From the IMG/VR virus record IMGVR_UViG_3300037423_000411, positions 1 through 64,000 of that record: 64,000 nucleotides of DNA; one strand, 5' to 3'. Numbering within the stretch: position 1 is the first letter of the stretch; each line of letters opens with the position of its first letter. This document shows, in pieces, positions 1 to 9,470 of the stretch. Made by a program: the position numbers and the translations under genes. Under the pieces are notes generated by a model. The model worked only from the letters and a program-made list of their open reading frames with translations. It was not told where the DNA came from and did no database searches. Origin of the DNA: a virus.

Positions 1-226
1 CTCAGATGCTGTTCAGCAGGCGCTGAAGCGGCCCTACGGAGACTTTCAGGGACACCAAGGGCACAGGCACCTTCGATCTGTGTCCTTTCTCCCAGGCGCT
101 CATAGCCCCAGGCGTACCCGCACTCCTCGCACTCGTGGTACGTCACATCTCCGTCTGCTTCGGGCTCGACGTACTCGTTGTCGCAGTCAGGATTCGCACA
201 GGGGAGAACATCTCCCAGCGCCTCAA

Positions 227-688
227 TCACGTGCCGACTCTTTCGTCCGTTCCGTCCCAGACGAACTCGCCCTGAGCACCGACCGGGAAGTGCCCGCCGC
301 AATGCGCACAGAACGTGCCTCCGTAGAAGCTCGGGTTCCGCGCGTAAGTCTCCGCAATCGCAAGACCCATCGTGGTTACCGCGCCACAGCTGCCGTTCGC
401 CCTGTCCAGTTGCTCCTGTGTCCAGAACCGGCCGGTCACAGCGCCGAGCGTCTCATACGGCTCAAAGGCCACGTACCCGTATTCGTCGTACCGTTCGTGC
501 TCCTCGGCGGTCAGCTCCCGAGTGATCTTCGGTGGCGGGGGGCCGACGTGCTTGTAGCTCTTACGCAGCGGCCTCACGAAGCCCTTCGCACGCTCCTCGT
601 CGGACAGCACGAGATACTTCTCTTGCATCCCATCCGGACCGATGTTCTTCAGGGCCGGATCGTTCCTGTCGTCAGTGACGCCCATCAA
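227..688 (-). CDS. conserved phage hypothetical protein, Cys-containing (possible Zn binding)
   Basis: 153-aa ORF with CGAVT and FCAHCGGHF motifs; overlaps the upstream gene by 4 nt. Confidence 0.6.
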   Translation of the reverse strand: MMGVTDDRNDPALKNIGPDGMQEKYLVLSDEERAKGFVRPLRKSYKHVGPPPPKITRELTAEEHERYDEYGYVAFEPYETLGAVTGRFWTQEQLDRANGSCGAVTTMGLAIAETYARNPSFYGGTFCAHCGGHFPVGAQGEFVWDGTDERVGT

Positions 689-1026
689 GATCTCCTCTTC
701 GCAACGTCGATGCCGCGCATGGTATGACCGCAGGGGTGAATCACGTAGTAACCGGCACTGATCGGATAGATCTTTCCCGTATCCCAGAGCAACAAGTCAT
801 CGAACTCTGGTTCCTCGAAGTCCACGGCCAAGATGTCTGCGCCGCAGTGCTCACATGGCTCCGTGATCCAGTGGTCTTCGTCCACGTCCTGATGGTTCTT
901 GTGAGCACAGGTGTACTCGATACCAGCGCCGAATCCTGAGCTTTCGATGCTCCAGCCGAACGCCGGGTTACCTAACTCCATCAGCAGAGGCTTGCGGGAC
1001 TGCTTGCCGAGCACGTAGTTCGTCAC
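685..1026 (-). CDS. hypothetical protein with CxxC
   Basis: 113-aa ORF translationally coupled to both neighbours. Confidence 0.55.
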   Translation of the reverse strand: MTNYVLGKQSRKPLLMELGNPAFGWSIESSGFGAGIEYTCAHKNHQDVDEDHWITEPCEHCGADILAVDFEEPEFDDLLLWDTGKIYPISAGYYVIHPCGHTMRGIDVAKRRS

Positions 1027-3959
1027 ACGGCCTCCTTCAACATCGCACGACCAGACACTTCGTCTTCGCAGCGCGGGCAGTGTGAAGTGCTGTACGGCTT
1101 GTCCAACAGGTTGACCGGGATCGTCTTACCGCACGCCTCACAAGACGGAACGAAGAAATTCATCACATCGGCGTCGGAGTCCACGAACGACTCAAGACGG
1201 ATCGCCGGGTACTTCGCCGCCTCCAACCAGCTCTTCTTGCCGAAGAGTGCCGCATAGACCTGGTACGGCGACGGCTTGCCTCGCACGAGAGCGCGCATGA
1301 AGAGCTTGTGGCCTTCCTTCACCAGCCACAGGTCATCCACGTGCTCCTTGGCGTTCACCTCGATCGTGACAAGGCCTGCCTGTCGACTCTGTTCCTTCAA
1401 GATCAACGGCACGTAGTCAGCAGTCTCGAACTGGTCAATGGCCGCCTGTGCAGCATGCCGATCAACGTCCATCTCCATCTCGTACAGAGACAGACCGAGG
1501 TCCTGCCGCAGTGTGTCAGCAGTAGGTGGTAACAACACAAAGTCCTCGATCTGCAGAGTCGGGGTACCTTCGTGCGTAGCTCCCAGCTCGCGGTTCATGC
1601 CCTCGATCAAGGACTGCATCTCGTCACGCGAGACCTTCTGCAGCAAGGAGAACTCCGTGAAGTCCGTGCCGCAGGTCCAGTCCTTCCAACGCACGTTGTC
1701 CGTAGCGAATTTGATCGTGCGCTTGGTGATCGGAACACCTGAGCGGTAGGCCGCGCGACGAAGCGCGTACCGGAAGTGGTCGTTCAGCACGAACCGCTTC
1801 TCGATGCTCTTAGTGATCTTCGCCCGGACGCGGATCGCCTGAGACTTCTGATCGATGACCTGCACGTTGCTCAGGTCAACATCAAGTTCGTTGGCCGCAC
1901 CCTGAATGTAACCTCGGCGGATCTGCAAGTCCTTCGAGCTGCACACACCACACGTACGACCCATGCAGCGGGTGTCACATCGTTCCGTCCACTCGTTGCC
2001 GTGGTAGTCGTCGGTGAGATCTTCGTCGTACGTCTCGGAGTCGGTGTTCTCCAGGAACTCCACCATCTGCTGGTACGTGACCCACAGCAGCTCAGGATTG
2101 ATGCCCTGGTCAACCATCTCCCAGCCGAACATGTCGTGCTTCTGCCGCTCGTCGTAGCAGTCAGCGATGCCGTTCAGGAAGCCTCGTGCGTACAGACGCG
2201 CCTCCACAGCCTCGTAGAGACCCTTCGGAGCACCTCCCCAGGCACCGAGACCCATCTCGGCCACGGCCTCTACCATTGCCATACCGACTTCACGAGAAGC
2301 GCGCTGCGAGAGCTGGAAATACAAAGCCTTGTCGCGCTGCGTCTTGCCTCCGAGCTTGAACTGAATGTGCAGCTCACGGAACTTCTCGAAGATCTCGCCA
2401 AGCGTGTAGTTGGCAGGAGTCGGGGCAAACCACTGGAACGGGGTGTTGCCTTCGATGAGCATCGGCGTCCAAGAGAAGTGAATCTGAACCTTCGCGTTCA
2501 TCGAATCACGGATATCTGCCAGCTGCTTGGCCAGTAGCAACGATCGGCTGATGTCACCATCGTCCTCGCCGGGCAATGCCGCGATCATGTACAGCTTGAA
2601 CTTTCGGATTCCTGCTTGAATGCCTCTGGCAACTGCTTCCTTGACGTCTTCATCCGCCGCGCCCTTGCCCACGAGGTCCCGCATACGCTGACTGTTGCCT
2701 TCGACACCAAGCGTTACGGTGTCCATCCCGGCGTAGGCCTGCAACGTGATGTACTGCGAGTCGGCAATGAAGTCGTCCACGCGCATGGACGAAGCGTCGA
2801 TGTCGTCGGTGACGTTCTCCAGCAGCGAAGAGATGAGCTTCTTCTTCTCGGTGTACATCGGGAAATCCGGGCTGAACGGTGCGATGTGGATACCGCCCGT
2901 GTTCTGGTGCAGCTCCTTCGCGATATCAGTGATCGTTGACACCGACCGCTGACGGTACGGCTTCTGCCGGTACGTCAGAGCACAGAACCCACACCATGCC
3001 GGACAACCTCGGCCAACCTCGACGTCACCTGAACCCATGCCAGGATCGACGTACAGCAGAGGCGGGTTGGTCAAAGCCTCGACAACGTTCATGTCACTGA
3101 CGAAGCGCTTCGTGAAAGGCGCCTTCAGTCCGTCGATGTTCGTCGTGATGCCGATGACCTGCTTGGAAGGCCGGACCTCCTGACCGTACTGCTCACAGAC
3201 CTTGGCCACGGACGGACGGTCCTCGTAGCCGTAGTGCACGTCGGTGAACATCGGGAAGTAGAGGAAGTTGAATTCTCGCGCCAGATCGGCGTAGCAGCTC
3301 TTGCGGTCAGTCGTCCATCGTCCACTCTTCTTCATCACATCAATGCGCTTGAGCACCGCACCCAGCCCGGGGTTGCCTGGTTCGTCCTCAACCTCACCAG
3401 CGAAGACACAATCCACGATGTTCGCGACTACCTCAGGAGCACCGTAGATCTGCCCACCGACGATAACGAACGGCCACTTCTCAGGGTCGCGGTTACGGCC
3501 TGCGTGCCAGGTACCGTCCGAGGACTGCCGGTCCTCCCACGTCGGCGGGATGTCAGACATCATCAGCTGCTTGACGAAGTTGATAGTCAGAACCGAGTAC
3601 GAAATCGACGTACCGACAACATCGAAGTCACGCAGCTGATGCCGCGACTCGATGCCGAAGACCGGGATGCCGTTCTCCTCGAAGAGCTTGAGGTCACGTG
3701 GCGTCTCGAAGAAGTACGATCGGTCGCAAAGAAAGTCTTCGCGATACTCGTTGATCGTCCGGTAGACCAACGGAATCGCCTGGTTGCCCGCTGCCTGCTG
3801 ATACACCCAGTTCGCGAACAGCGAGACACGGAGAGACGCCGAATCCCACGGCTTCCGATAGCTGTTCGGCTCGTCGCCCATCCACTGCAGCTGACCGTCC
3901 ATGCGGTGAGCGTTCTCGCTCAGGAAAGCTTCGATCTGTGCTGGGGTCTTGTGCGCCAC
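1023..3959 (-). CDS. radical SAM protein (TIGR03960-like) fused to a TIGR03936/DUF2344-like domain and a C-terminal Zn ribbon
   Basis: GRGCPAWCGFC (CxxxCxxC); N-terminus ESRHQLRDFDVVGTSISY; KFKLYMIAALPGE and TPFQW; C-terminal RVRAKITKSIEKRFVLNDHFRYALRRAAYRSGVPI resembles DUF2344. Confidence 0.85.
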   Translation of the reverse strand: MAHKTPAQIEAFLSENAHRMDGQLQWMGDEPNSYRKPWDSASLRVSLFANWVYQQAAGNQAIPLVYRTINEYREDFLCDRSYFFETPRDLKLFEENGIPVFGIESRHQLRDFDVVGTSISYSVLTINFVKQLMMSDIPPTWEDRQSSDGTWHAGRNRDPEKWPFVIVGGQIYGAPEVVANIVDCVFAGEVEDEPGNPGLGAVLKRIDVMKKSGRWTTDRKSCYADLAREFNFLYFPMFTDVHYGYEDRPSVAKVCEQYGQEVRPSKQVIGITTNIDGLKAPFTKRFVSDMNVVEALTNPPLLYVDPGMGSGDVEVGRGCPAWCGFCALTYRQKPYRQRSVSTITDIAKELHQNTGGIHIAPFSPDFPMYTEKKKLISSLLENVTDDIDASSMRVDDFIADSQYITLQAYAGMDTVTLGVEGNSQRMRDLVGKGAADEDVKEAVARGIQAGIRKFKLYMIAALPGEDDGDISRSLLLAKQLADIRDSMNAKVQIHFSWTPMLIEGNTPFQWFAPTPANYTLGEIFEKFRELHIQFKLGGKTQRDKALYFQLSQRASREVGMAMVEAVAEMGLGAWGGAPKGLYEAVEARLYARGFLNGIADCYDERQKHDMFGWEMVDQGINPELLWVTYQQMVEFLENTDSETYDEDLTDDYHGNEWTERCDTRCMGRTCGVCSSKDLQIRRGYIQGAANELDVDLSNVQVIDQKSQAIRVRAKITKSIEKRFVLNDHFRYALRRAAYRSGVPITKRTIKFATDNVRWKDWTCGTDFTEFSLLQKVSRDEMQSLIEGMNRELGATHEGTPTLQIEDFVLLPPTADTLRQDLGLSLYEMEMDVDRHAAQAAIDQFETADYVPLILKEQSRQAGLVTIEVNAKEHVDDLWLVKEGHKLFMRALVRGKPSPYQVYAALFGKKSWLEAAKYPAIRLESFVDSDADVMNFFVPSCEACGKTIPVNLLDKPYSTSHCPRCEDEVSGRAMLKEAV

Positions 3960-4079
3960 TAGAGCGTCTCCACTTCCGCGTTGGCCTCCAGCTCAAGCAG
4001 GACCAGAGAAGGGTCTTCTCCGTCAGCACACCGCTGCAGAGCTTCCAGAAGAGCGCAGTCGCAGATCATCCACCAGCGC

Positions 4080-4343
4080 TTAGCCACCGTCTACCTCTTC
4101 CACATAACCCATGTCAGGAGCCACCACATACGACTGCAGACAGCTCATGCACCGCACCAAGGCACCAAGCGAGACGACCTGCACATCGTGCTTATACCGG
4201 ATCGTACGGCCTGGCCCGAGTACAACTGAAGGCCCCACGCACTTCTTGTGAACGCCTTCGATCGGCTCAAACGAATCACCGCGATTGAACTCAGTGTGTT
4301 CTACGTACGGCCCTTCGCTCCGGACCAGGTTCTTGACCTTCAC
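4080..4343 (-). CDS. hypothetical protein
   Basis: 87-aa ORF coupled to the upstream gene; CMSC motif. Confidence 0.5.
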   Translation of the reverse strand: MKVKNLVRSEGPYVEHTEFNRGDSFEPIEGVHKKCVGPSVVLGPGRTIRYKHDVQVVSLGALVRCMSCLQSYVVAPDMGYVEEVDGG

Positions 4344-4987
4344 TTGACCGCCTCCGTGACCGTCCGACCGTTCTTCAACTTGAATCGGTGGATTTTGTCG
4401 GCAGCAGCACTCCAGTCCTCGACGGCCTTGTGCGTGACCAGCACGATCTGTACCGGAGTCTTCTCGGTCAGCTCCTTCACGAAGTCGACCAGACGCGGTT
4501 CGTACTCCTCCGAGACCATCGAGAAGCTTTCGTCCAAGAGCAGGAACGGCCGGACATCGGGACGCAACAGGACGACGATGAGCCTCAGCAGGAATCCGGC
4601 GACAGCAGCTACGCCACCACCACGAGCATCCAGAAGGCCTGTCTCGACCTCTTGCTCACCAACCCTCGATCTGACAACGAACCTCGTCTCGACTCTCCGA
4701 GATTTCGTCTCGGACACCACGTGAAAGGTCAATGAGTCATCGAAGATAGTTTGCAGACCGTGCGTAACCAGAGCTTCGATCTTCGACTGAACGGCTTCCT
4801 GCCGTGCGTCAGCAAAGCTGTTGAGGATGCCAACAACCTTCTCCAGCGCGTCCGCGCGAGCCTCTGCCTGGTCAGCCTCGCTGTAGTCCTGCTGAGCACG
4901 CTTCGCCAGTGCCTTAGCTTCACCGATCTCCCGCTCGATGAGCTTCTCGGCTGAGGCCACAGACGCCGTAAGCGTGTCGATGTCCAT
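4340..4987 (-). CDS. Rad50/SbcC-like ATPase, C-terminal half
   Basis: Coiled coil, then ABC signature-like ARGGG, Walker B FLLLDESFS and H-loop LVTH; no Walker A; start taken at MDIDTL. Confidence 0.8.
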   Translation of the reverse strand: MDIDTLTASVASAEKLIEREIGEAKALAKRAQQDYSEADQAEARADALEKVVGILNSFADARQEAVQSKIEALVTHGLQTIFDDSLTFHVVSETKSRRVETRFVVRSRVGEQEVETGLLDARGGGVAAVAGFLLRLIVVLLRPDVRPFLLLDESFSMVSEEYEPRLVDFVKELTEKTPVQIVLVTHKAVEDWSAAADKIHRFKLKNGRTVTEAVK

Positions 4988-5139
4988 CACGTCGGCCTCC
5001 ACAACCGAATCGAGTGTCCGTACTTGCCGATACGCCACATCAAGCACAGATGTCCTCTGTACTCGAAGTAGAACCGCTTCTGCGAGGCGTACTTCGATAC
5101 CGTGTAACGCGTCACCTGAAACGCGAAGGTGCTCTTCAC

Positions 5140-6261
5140 TCAGTCCAGCCAATCCGCCCGGACCTGGTTCAGGACACCGAGCAGACCGCTCTCTTCGTCC
5201 TTCATCAAGATGGGACTCGGCCGGGTCTTCTTCTGGTCCACGCCGAGCCAGAAGTGACAGGTTTGCACGTCTCCCATCGCGAGCATCTGCAGCAGCTGCT
5301 GGTGGTTGAATGCCAGTTTCCGATCGGAGGCGCTCCACGAGACGTCGATGCTCTCAGACGCGGTAGAACCTTCTTTGTCCCGCGAGCTGATCACCAGCTT
5401 GTTCGGCTCCAGCTGCAGAGCAACGGCCGCCGTCTCCGGGTTGGCCGTGATCCTGACGCGCTTGATCGCAGATACCAGATCATCTCGCGTCAGAACAAGT
5501 TCGTCCTCGTTGGCGAGAGCAGGCTTCAGCACCGACTCGTCCATGTCGGGGAACTCGGCGTTGAGCTTCTGCGCGATGAAGCTGTCCCCTGAGACGTTGA
5601 AGATCAGGCAGTCATCCTCTTCGTGCACCCAGAACTCCGAAGCCTGCGAAGCGGAGAGGATCTTGATCAGGTCATCCACGGCGTTGATCGGAATCTGCAG
5701 GTCCGGGCAATCGGGCATCGGGACCTGCTGGTACCGCACTCCATCCGAGGCGCGCATCTGCCCGTTCGAGATGTCGATCATGCGCAGGTTGGCCTTGTAC
5801 GTATCCGACGCAGCGGCATGCCGAACAGACTTCAGGCCCTTGACGAACTTCACACGGTTGACCTTGGAGACCTTGTCGGACACCACGTTCGGCAGATCGG
5901 GATAGGTCGAACCGTCAACAAGCTTCAGGTTCCAGCTGGCCCGGCCGACATGCAGCTCTGCTTCGCCGTCAACGACCCGCACGACCAGCTCCCCATCAGC
6001 TGCCTCCTTCACAATCGAGAGGAGCTTGTACGCCGGGAACACGGCAGTACCTTCCGTATTGATCTGCACCATGTCGGTGGTCGCCACGACGTACAGCTCC
6101 ATGTCGGTGGCGACGACGTGTAGCTCATCGTCCTTGGCCTCGATGAGGAAGTTCTTCAGCACCGGCATGGTGTCCTTGGTCGGGATGACCATGCCTGCCT
6201 TCTCCAGCAGGTACTGCAGGGTGAACTTCTTGACCCGGAACATCATCTCGACGTCACTCAC
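5140..6261 (-). CDS. dnaN: DNA polymerase III beta-type sliding clamp
   Basis: 373 aa; MPVLKNFLIEA, VATDME, ASDGVRY, FPD, LAFNHQQLLQML motifs typical of the beta clamp. Confidence 0.9.
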   Translation of the reverse strand: MSDVEMMFRVKKFTLQYLLEKAGMVIPTKDTMPVLKNFLIEAKDDELHVVATDMELYVVATTDMVQINTEGTAVFPAYKLLSIVKEAADGELVVRVVDGEAELHVGRASWNLKLVDGSTYPDLPNVVSDKVSKVNRVKFVKGLKSVRHAAASDTYKANLRMIDISNGQMRASDGVRYQQVPMPDCPDLQIPINAVDDLIKILSASQASEFWVHEEDDCLIFNVSGDSFIAQKLNAEFPDMDESVLKPALANEDELVLTRDDLVSAIKRVRITANPETAAVALQLEPNKLVISSRDKEGSTASESIDVSWSASDRKLAFNHQQLLQMLAMGDVQTCHFWLGVDQKKTRPSPILMKDEESGLLGVLNQVRADWLD

Positions 6262-6499
6262 GGTTGATCGCCTCCTTCAGCTTCGCTTCGATCTTGGACA
6301 TAGCTGTCTGCACCTGTGCGCGCGCCTTCTCTGCCTCTTCAAGGCCTTGTTCGGCCGACCCGACTCCCAGTGCCTTGAGCTTGCTCAAAGCCTCGCTCTC
6401 GGCCACCTGAGCGTGCTCAACGGCAGCTTCGGCCTTCGCCTTCAGCGACTGTGCTTGTTCGACCAGCTTCCGCAGGTCTGCGACCTTCTCCAGACTCAC
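6254..6499 (-). CDS. small coiled-coil protein
   Basis: 81-aa Ala/Glu/Lys-rich ORF with GTG start overlapping the upstream stop. Confidence 0.6.
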   Translation of the reverse strand: MSLEKVADLRKLVEQAQSLKAKAEAAVEHAQVAESEALSKLKALGVGSAEQGLEEAEKARAQVQTAMSKIEAKLKEAINRE

Positions 6500-7353
6500 T
6501 TGCCTCTCCTTGCTGCCATCTCCAGGAAGGACACCTTCTTGCCCGGCTCCAGCCGGAAGAGATCGCACGCATGCCTGACGTCACACCACGTGCACTCGCC
6601 GTCCGGGGTGTCCTTCGGGGAGTAGTCCTCATCCCAGATCCCGTGGCAGTAGTTCATGATCCGGGTCATCATCACCCGTACGTCGTCAGGACCAACCACC
6701 AACGGCACGTACTTCTGTTTGCAGGCGGGCGTCAGGAACGCCGTGTTGACCGGGTACTTCCCGAACTGCGCCTTGACCACGATCGAGTAGAAGATGAGCT
6801 GAGCAAGAATCGAGCCTCGCGCGTATGAGTCATCAAAGGTCGCCTTGAGGTCGTAGACCGAGTACTCCTCCGGTACACCGTCGATCAAGGTCGCCGTCAG
6901 CAGGTCTGTCTCTCCGATGAGGTCGACGGGCCGTAGATTGCCGTTCTTGTCAGGAATGCCGACAGTGACCCTGAACCGCCAAGCGACCTGGTAGCCGTGA
7001 GGGATGACCAGGTCCCACAACATCGGCTCCAGGTTCTCCAGCACGATCCGGACGTTGTCCTTGACCTTCTGCTGGTCGGACTTCGGGTTGCCCTTCCACT
7101 GGATGACGTACTGGTCGTCATTGAAGGCGTACTGCTCGAAGACGGCTTCGAGAGAGTCGCAGATACCGCCTTCGACAGGGTTCTCCAGGAACTCGCGCAT
7201 ACAGCGGTCAGCGATCGTACCGGGCAGGAAGACGCGACCTTGCTTCGGATTGAAGTTGGACTTCTTCTCCTTGCGGCGAAGCACCTGTTGCTTACAGGAT
7301 TCGTAAGTCTTGAGACGCGACCAGCTGATGGTCAATCTGTCTTCTTCTGTCAC
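6496..7353 (-). CDS. PD-(D/E)XK RecB/Cas4-like exonuclease
   Basis: ISWSRLKTYESC, LIGETDL, VYDLKA, QLIFYS and C-terminal CTWCDVRHAC cluster. Confidence 0.85.
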   Translation of the reverse strand: MTEEDRLTISWSRLKTYESCKQQVLRRKEKKSNFNPKQGRVFLPGTIADRCMREFLENPVEGGICDSLEAVFEQYAFNDDQYVIQWKGNPKSDQQKVKDNVRIVLENLEPMLWDLVIPHGYQVAWRFRVTVGIPDKNGNLRPVDLIGETDLLTATLIDGVPEEYSVYDLKATFDDSYARGSILAQLIFYSIVVKAQFGKYPVNTAFLTPACKQKYVPLVVGPDDVRVMMTRIMNYCHGIWDEDYSPKDTPDGECTWCDVRHACDLFRLEPGKKVSFLEMAARRGK

Positions 7354-7480
7354 CTACGGAACCGACGCTTTCCTCGACGCTGGCCACGTGGTTGCGGCCA
7401 CGTCCACCAACCTGCACTGAACGGCAGGTACAGCAAGACACCTGCGACCAAGAGAATCGAAGTCACGGTCAGGAAGGCGG

Positions 7481-7981
7481 TCACATCGGCCCCTCCTTCA
7501 GCTCCTGCATGAAAGCGTCAATCTCGTGAGGTGCACGAACGCACAGACACGGGATACCGGCTTCTTCCAGCTTCACTTTCACATCTGGCCAGTCATCGAC
7601 ATGGAAGAAATGCTTCTGGAACTTCCACTCCGGGTCACTCAGTACACCCTGCACTCGCCGTAGCTTGTAGTCCGCGTGATTGTAGGTAGCACCGTTCGAC
7701 TCGTTGTCCATGAACAGACCGTGCACAGGAAGATTGTGCTTGGTCAGCGACTTCAGCGTCACGTCTCGCGAAGCTTCATCCCGGCCAGTCACGTAGACCA
7801 CGTCGACTCCCAAACAGCTCATGGCATCGATCAGGGCAACAGTCGCCACAATCGGCTCGTCATCCACACACGCCATGCTGTACGCAACCCAGTCAGTACC
7901 GTTCACACGGTCGATGAGATGAGCACGGTGCCGTGTGTCAAAGAGCGTGCTGTCCAAGTCGACAGTGATGAATCCGGTCAT
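7481..7981 (-). CDS. HAD-family phosphatase (polynucleotide kinase 3'-phosphatase-like)
   Basis: VDLDSTL, VTGR, K and HVDD motifs; leaderless start behind CCGTACGT. Confidence 0.8.
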   Translation of the reverse strand: MTGFITVDLDSTLFDTRHRAHLIDRVNGTDWVAYSMACVDDEPIVATVALIDAMSCLGVDVVYVTGRDEASRDVTLKSLTKHNLPVHGLFMDNESNGATYNHADYKLRRVQGVLSDPEWKFQKHFFHVDDWPDVKVKLEEAGIPCLCVRAPHEIDAFMQELKEGPM

Positions 7982-7998
7982 GCCTATACGTACGGAGA

Positions 7999-8053
7999 AA
8001 CCCCCTGAGCGACACATGCCTGGTGAGGCGTGGTCGATATGGCTCAGGGGGTT
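7999..8053 (-). ncRNA. single TIGR-like stem-loop unit
   Basis: CCCCCTGAG-CCA-TATCGACCA-CG-CCTCA-CCA-GGCATGTGT-CG-CTCAGGGGG. Confidence 0.75.
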
Positions 8054-8057
8054 GGTT

Positions 8058-8369
8058 TCAGTACTCCTTCGTCCAGCCGTCACGGCAGTACTTGCGGGCG
8101 GCCAGACGGTCGTGCTTGCGGTCGTTCGTGCCCCACCAGTTGATCTTGCTGCACCACCGGCAACCGCACTTGAAGAGCGGGCTGTGCAGCGCCTCCCAAG
8201 CGAAGGTCCAGTAGCACGCTTCGTTCGAACGCCACCAGTCGATGTTCATCGGCGTGGGCTTGAGAGGAAGGTCGCAGTAACCCTTGCGGTGGTCGTGCTT
8301 GTCCGTGATCCAGCTCGGGTAGAAGAAGGCCTTCACCTTCCACGGCTGAGTCTTGTCGGTCTTGCTCAT
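8058..8369 (-). CDS. basic Cys/His/Trp-rich protein, paralog of 8456-9121
   Basis: Starts MSKTDKTQPW and contains HDHR.G.C like its neighbour. Confidence 0.7.
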   Translation of the reverse strand: MSKTDKTQPWKVKAFFYPSWITDKHDHRKGYCDLPLKPTPMNIDWWRSNEACYWTFAWEALHSPLFKCGCRWCSKINWWGTNDRKHDRLAARKYCRDGWTKEY

Positions 8370-8455
8370 GAACGCGGTCACCTTTCGGTTCCGCCCTGCC
8401 CACCGGGCCTCTCCCGAGGGCTAGGGCCTGACTCGGTTCATGAGCACTCCTTCCA

Positions 8456-9121
8456 TCAGTACAGGTGCCACTGCACGCTGCGACGTCCCTGACGGTTCTC
8501 GAAGTCCCAGTCAGCCAGCTCGTCACCGGCGTTGTAGGCCTTGAGGTCCTCACGCAGAGAGTCGCGCTCACGGCGCCGCTCAGGGCCGTGGAACTCCATC
8601 TTGCACCACTCGGACAGGCTCTTGTTACGCGTGCCGTAGGCGGTCCAGTAACGCCAGCCGATGACCTCCCCGTACCAAGACGGGTCGCAGGTCGGGCGCT
8701 CAACAGCACAGACCTCGCAGTCGACGTTCTCGTGCTCGATCCAGCGCCGGTGCGGGCCAACACACTGAGTACTCCGGTACTCGTGGTAGGTCGGGCTCTC
8801 CGGATCGTAGTCTCGCCAGAAAGCCCAGCAGGTCGCCTCGTTCTTGAGGTTGTATCGCACGGGTTCTGCAGCATGCAGCCAACGGTATGACCAGGTGGTC
8901 TTGACGAACGGGTCTTTACGGGTGCAGTAGTACTCTTCGTAGTGCCCGTGCTTGGGCGAGCGCTTGTGCCGCCAGGTCGGCCGGTTGCTTCCTGCGTTGT
9001 AGTTACGGGCGTATTCGAGGGTCTCGATGACGCACTCACCGTGACGGTGGTCGTGACTGAGCGGGAAGCCCTCAGTGTGTCGGATCACCCAGTCCGGGCG
9101 GTCCTTGTCGGTCTTGCTCAC
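8456..9121 (-). CDS. basic Cys/His/Trp-rich protein, paralog of 8058-8369
   Basis: Starts MSKTDKDRPDW and contains HDHRHGEC. Confidence 0.7.
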   Translation of the reverse strand: MSKTDKDRPDWVIRHTEGFPLSHDHRHGECVIETLEYARNYNAGSNRPTWRHKRSPKHGHYEEYYCTRKDPFVKTTWSYRWLHAAEPVRYNLKNEATCWAFWRDYDPESPTYHEYRSTQCVGPHRRWIEHENVDCEVCAVERPTCDPSWYGEVIGWRYWTAYGTRNKSLSEWCKMEFHGPERRRERDSLREDLKAYNAGDELADWDFENRQGRRSVQWHLY

Positions 9122-9470
9122 TGTGCCTCCAAGGGCACAGCCGTGCGCGGCCTCTACCGCGTCTGTGTCCGGCTGCCTAAATCACCGGAGTCCTCCTTCC
9201 TCATCAGTACTCGCCCCACGTCCGGATGTCCGACAGCTTGACCTCGAAGGTCGCTTCGGTCTCGTCACCGCGCTTCGGCGCCTGCGGGTGCTTGACCCAC
9301 AAGACCAGCACCGTTTCGTTGACCATCGCCGCGACAATCTCTGCCGCAGACGGGAGCTTGAGTTCGTCCTTCAGCTGCTGCCTGCTCAGCCGAACCTTGA
9401 CCACGTCTGTCAAGTCTGCCTCCTTCGTGAGAGTGAGTACAGCTTGCCAGAGGGAGGTGACAGCTGTCAA

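Noticed and set aside
6496-7353. Cas4 as part of a CRISPR or TIGR acquisition module
   Set aside because: Stand-alone Cas4/RecB-like exonucleases are common in phage replication modules and nothing links this one to the arrays
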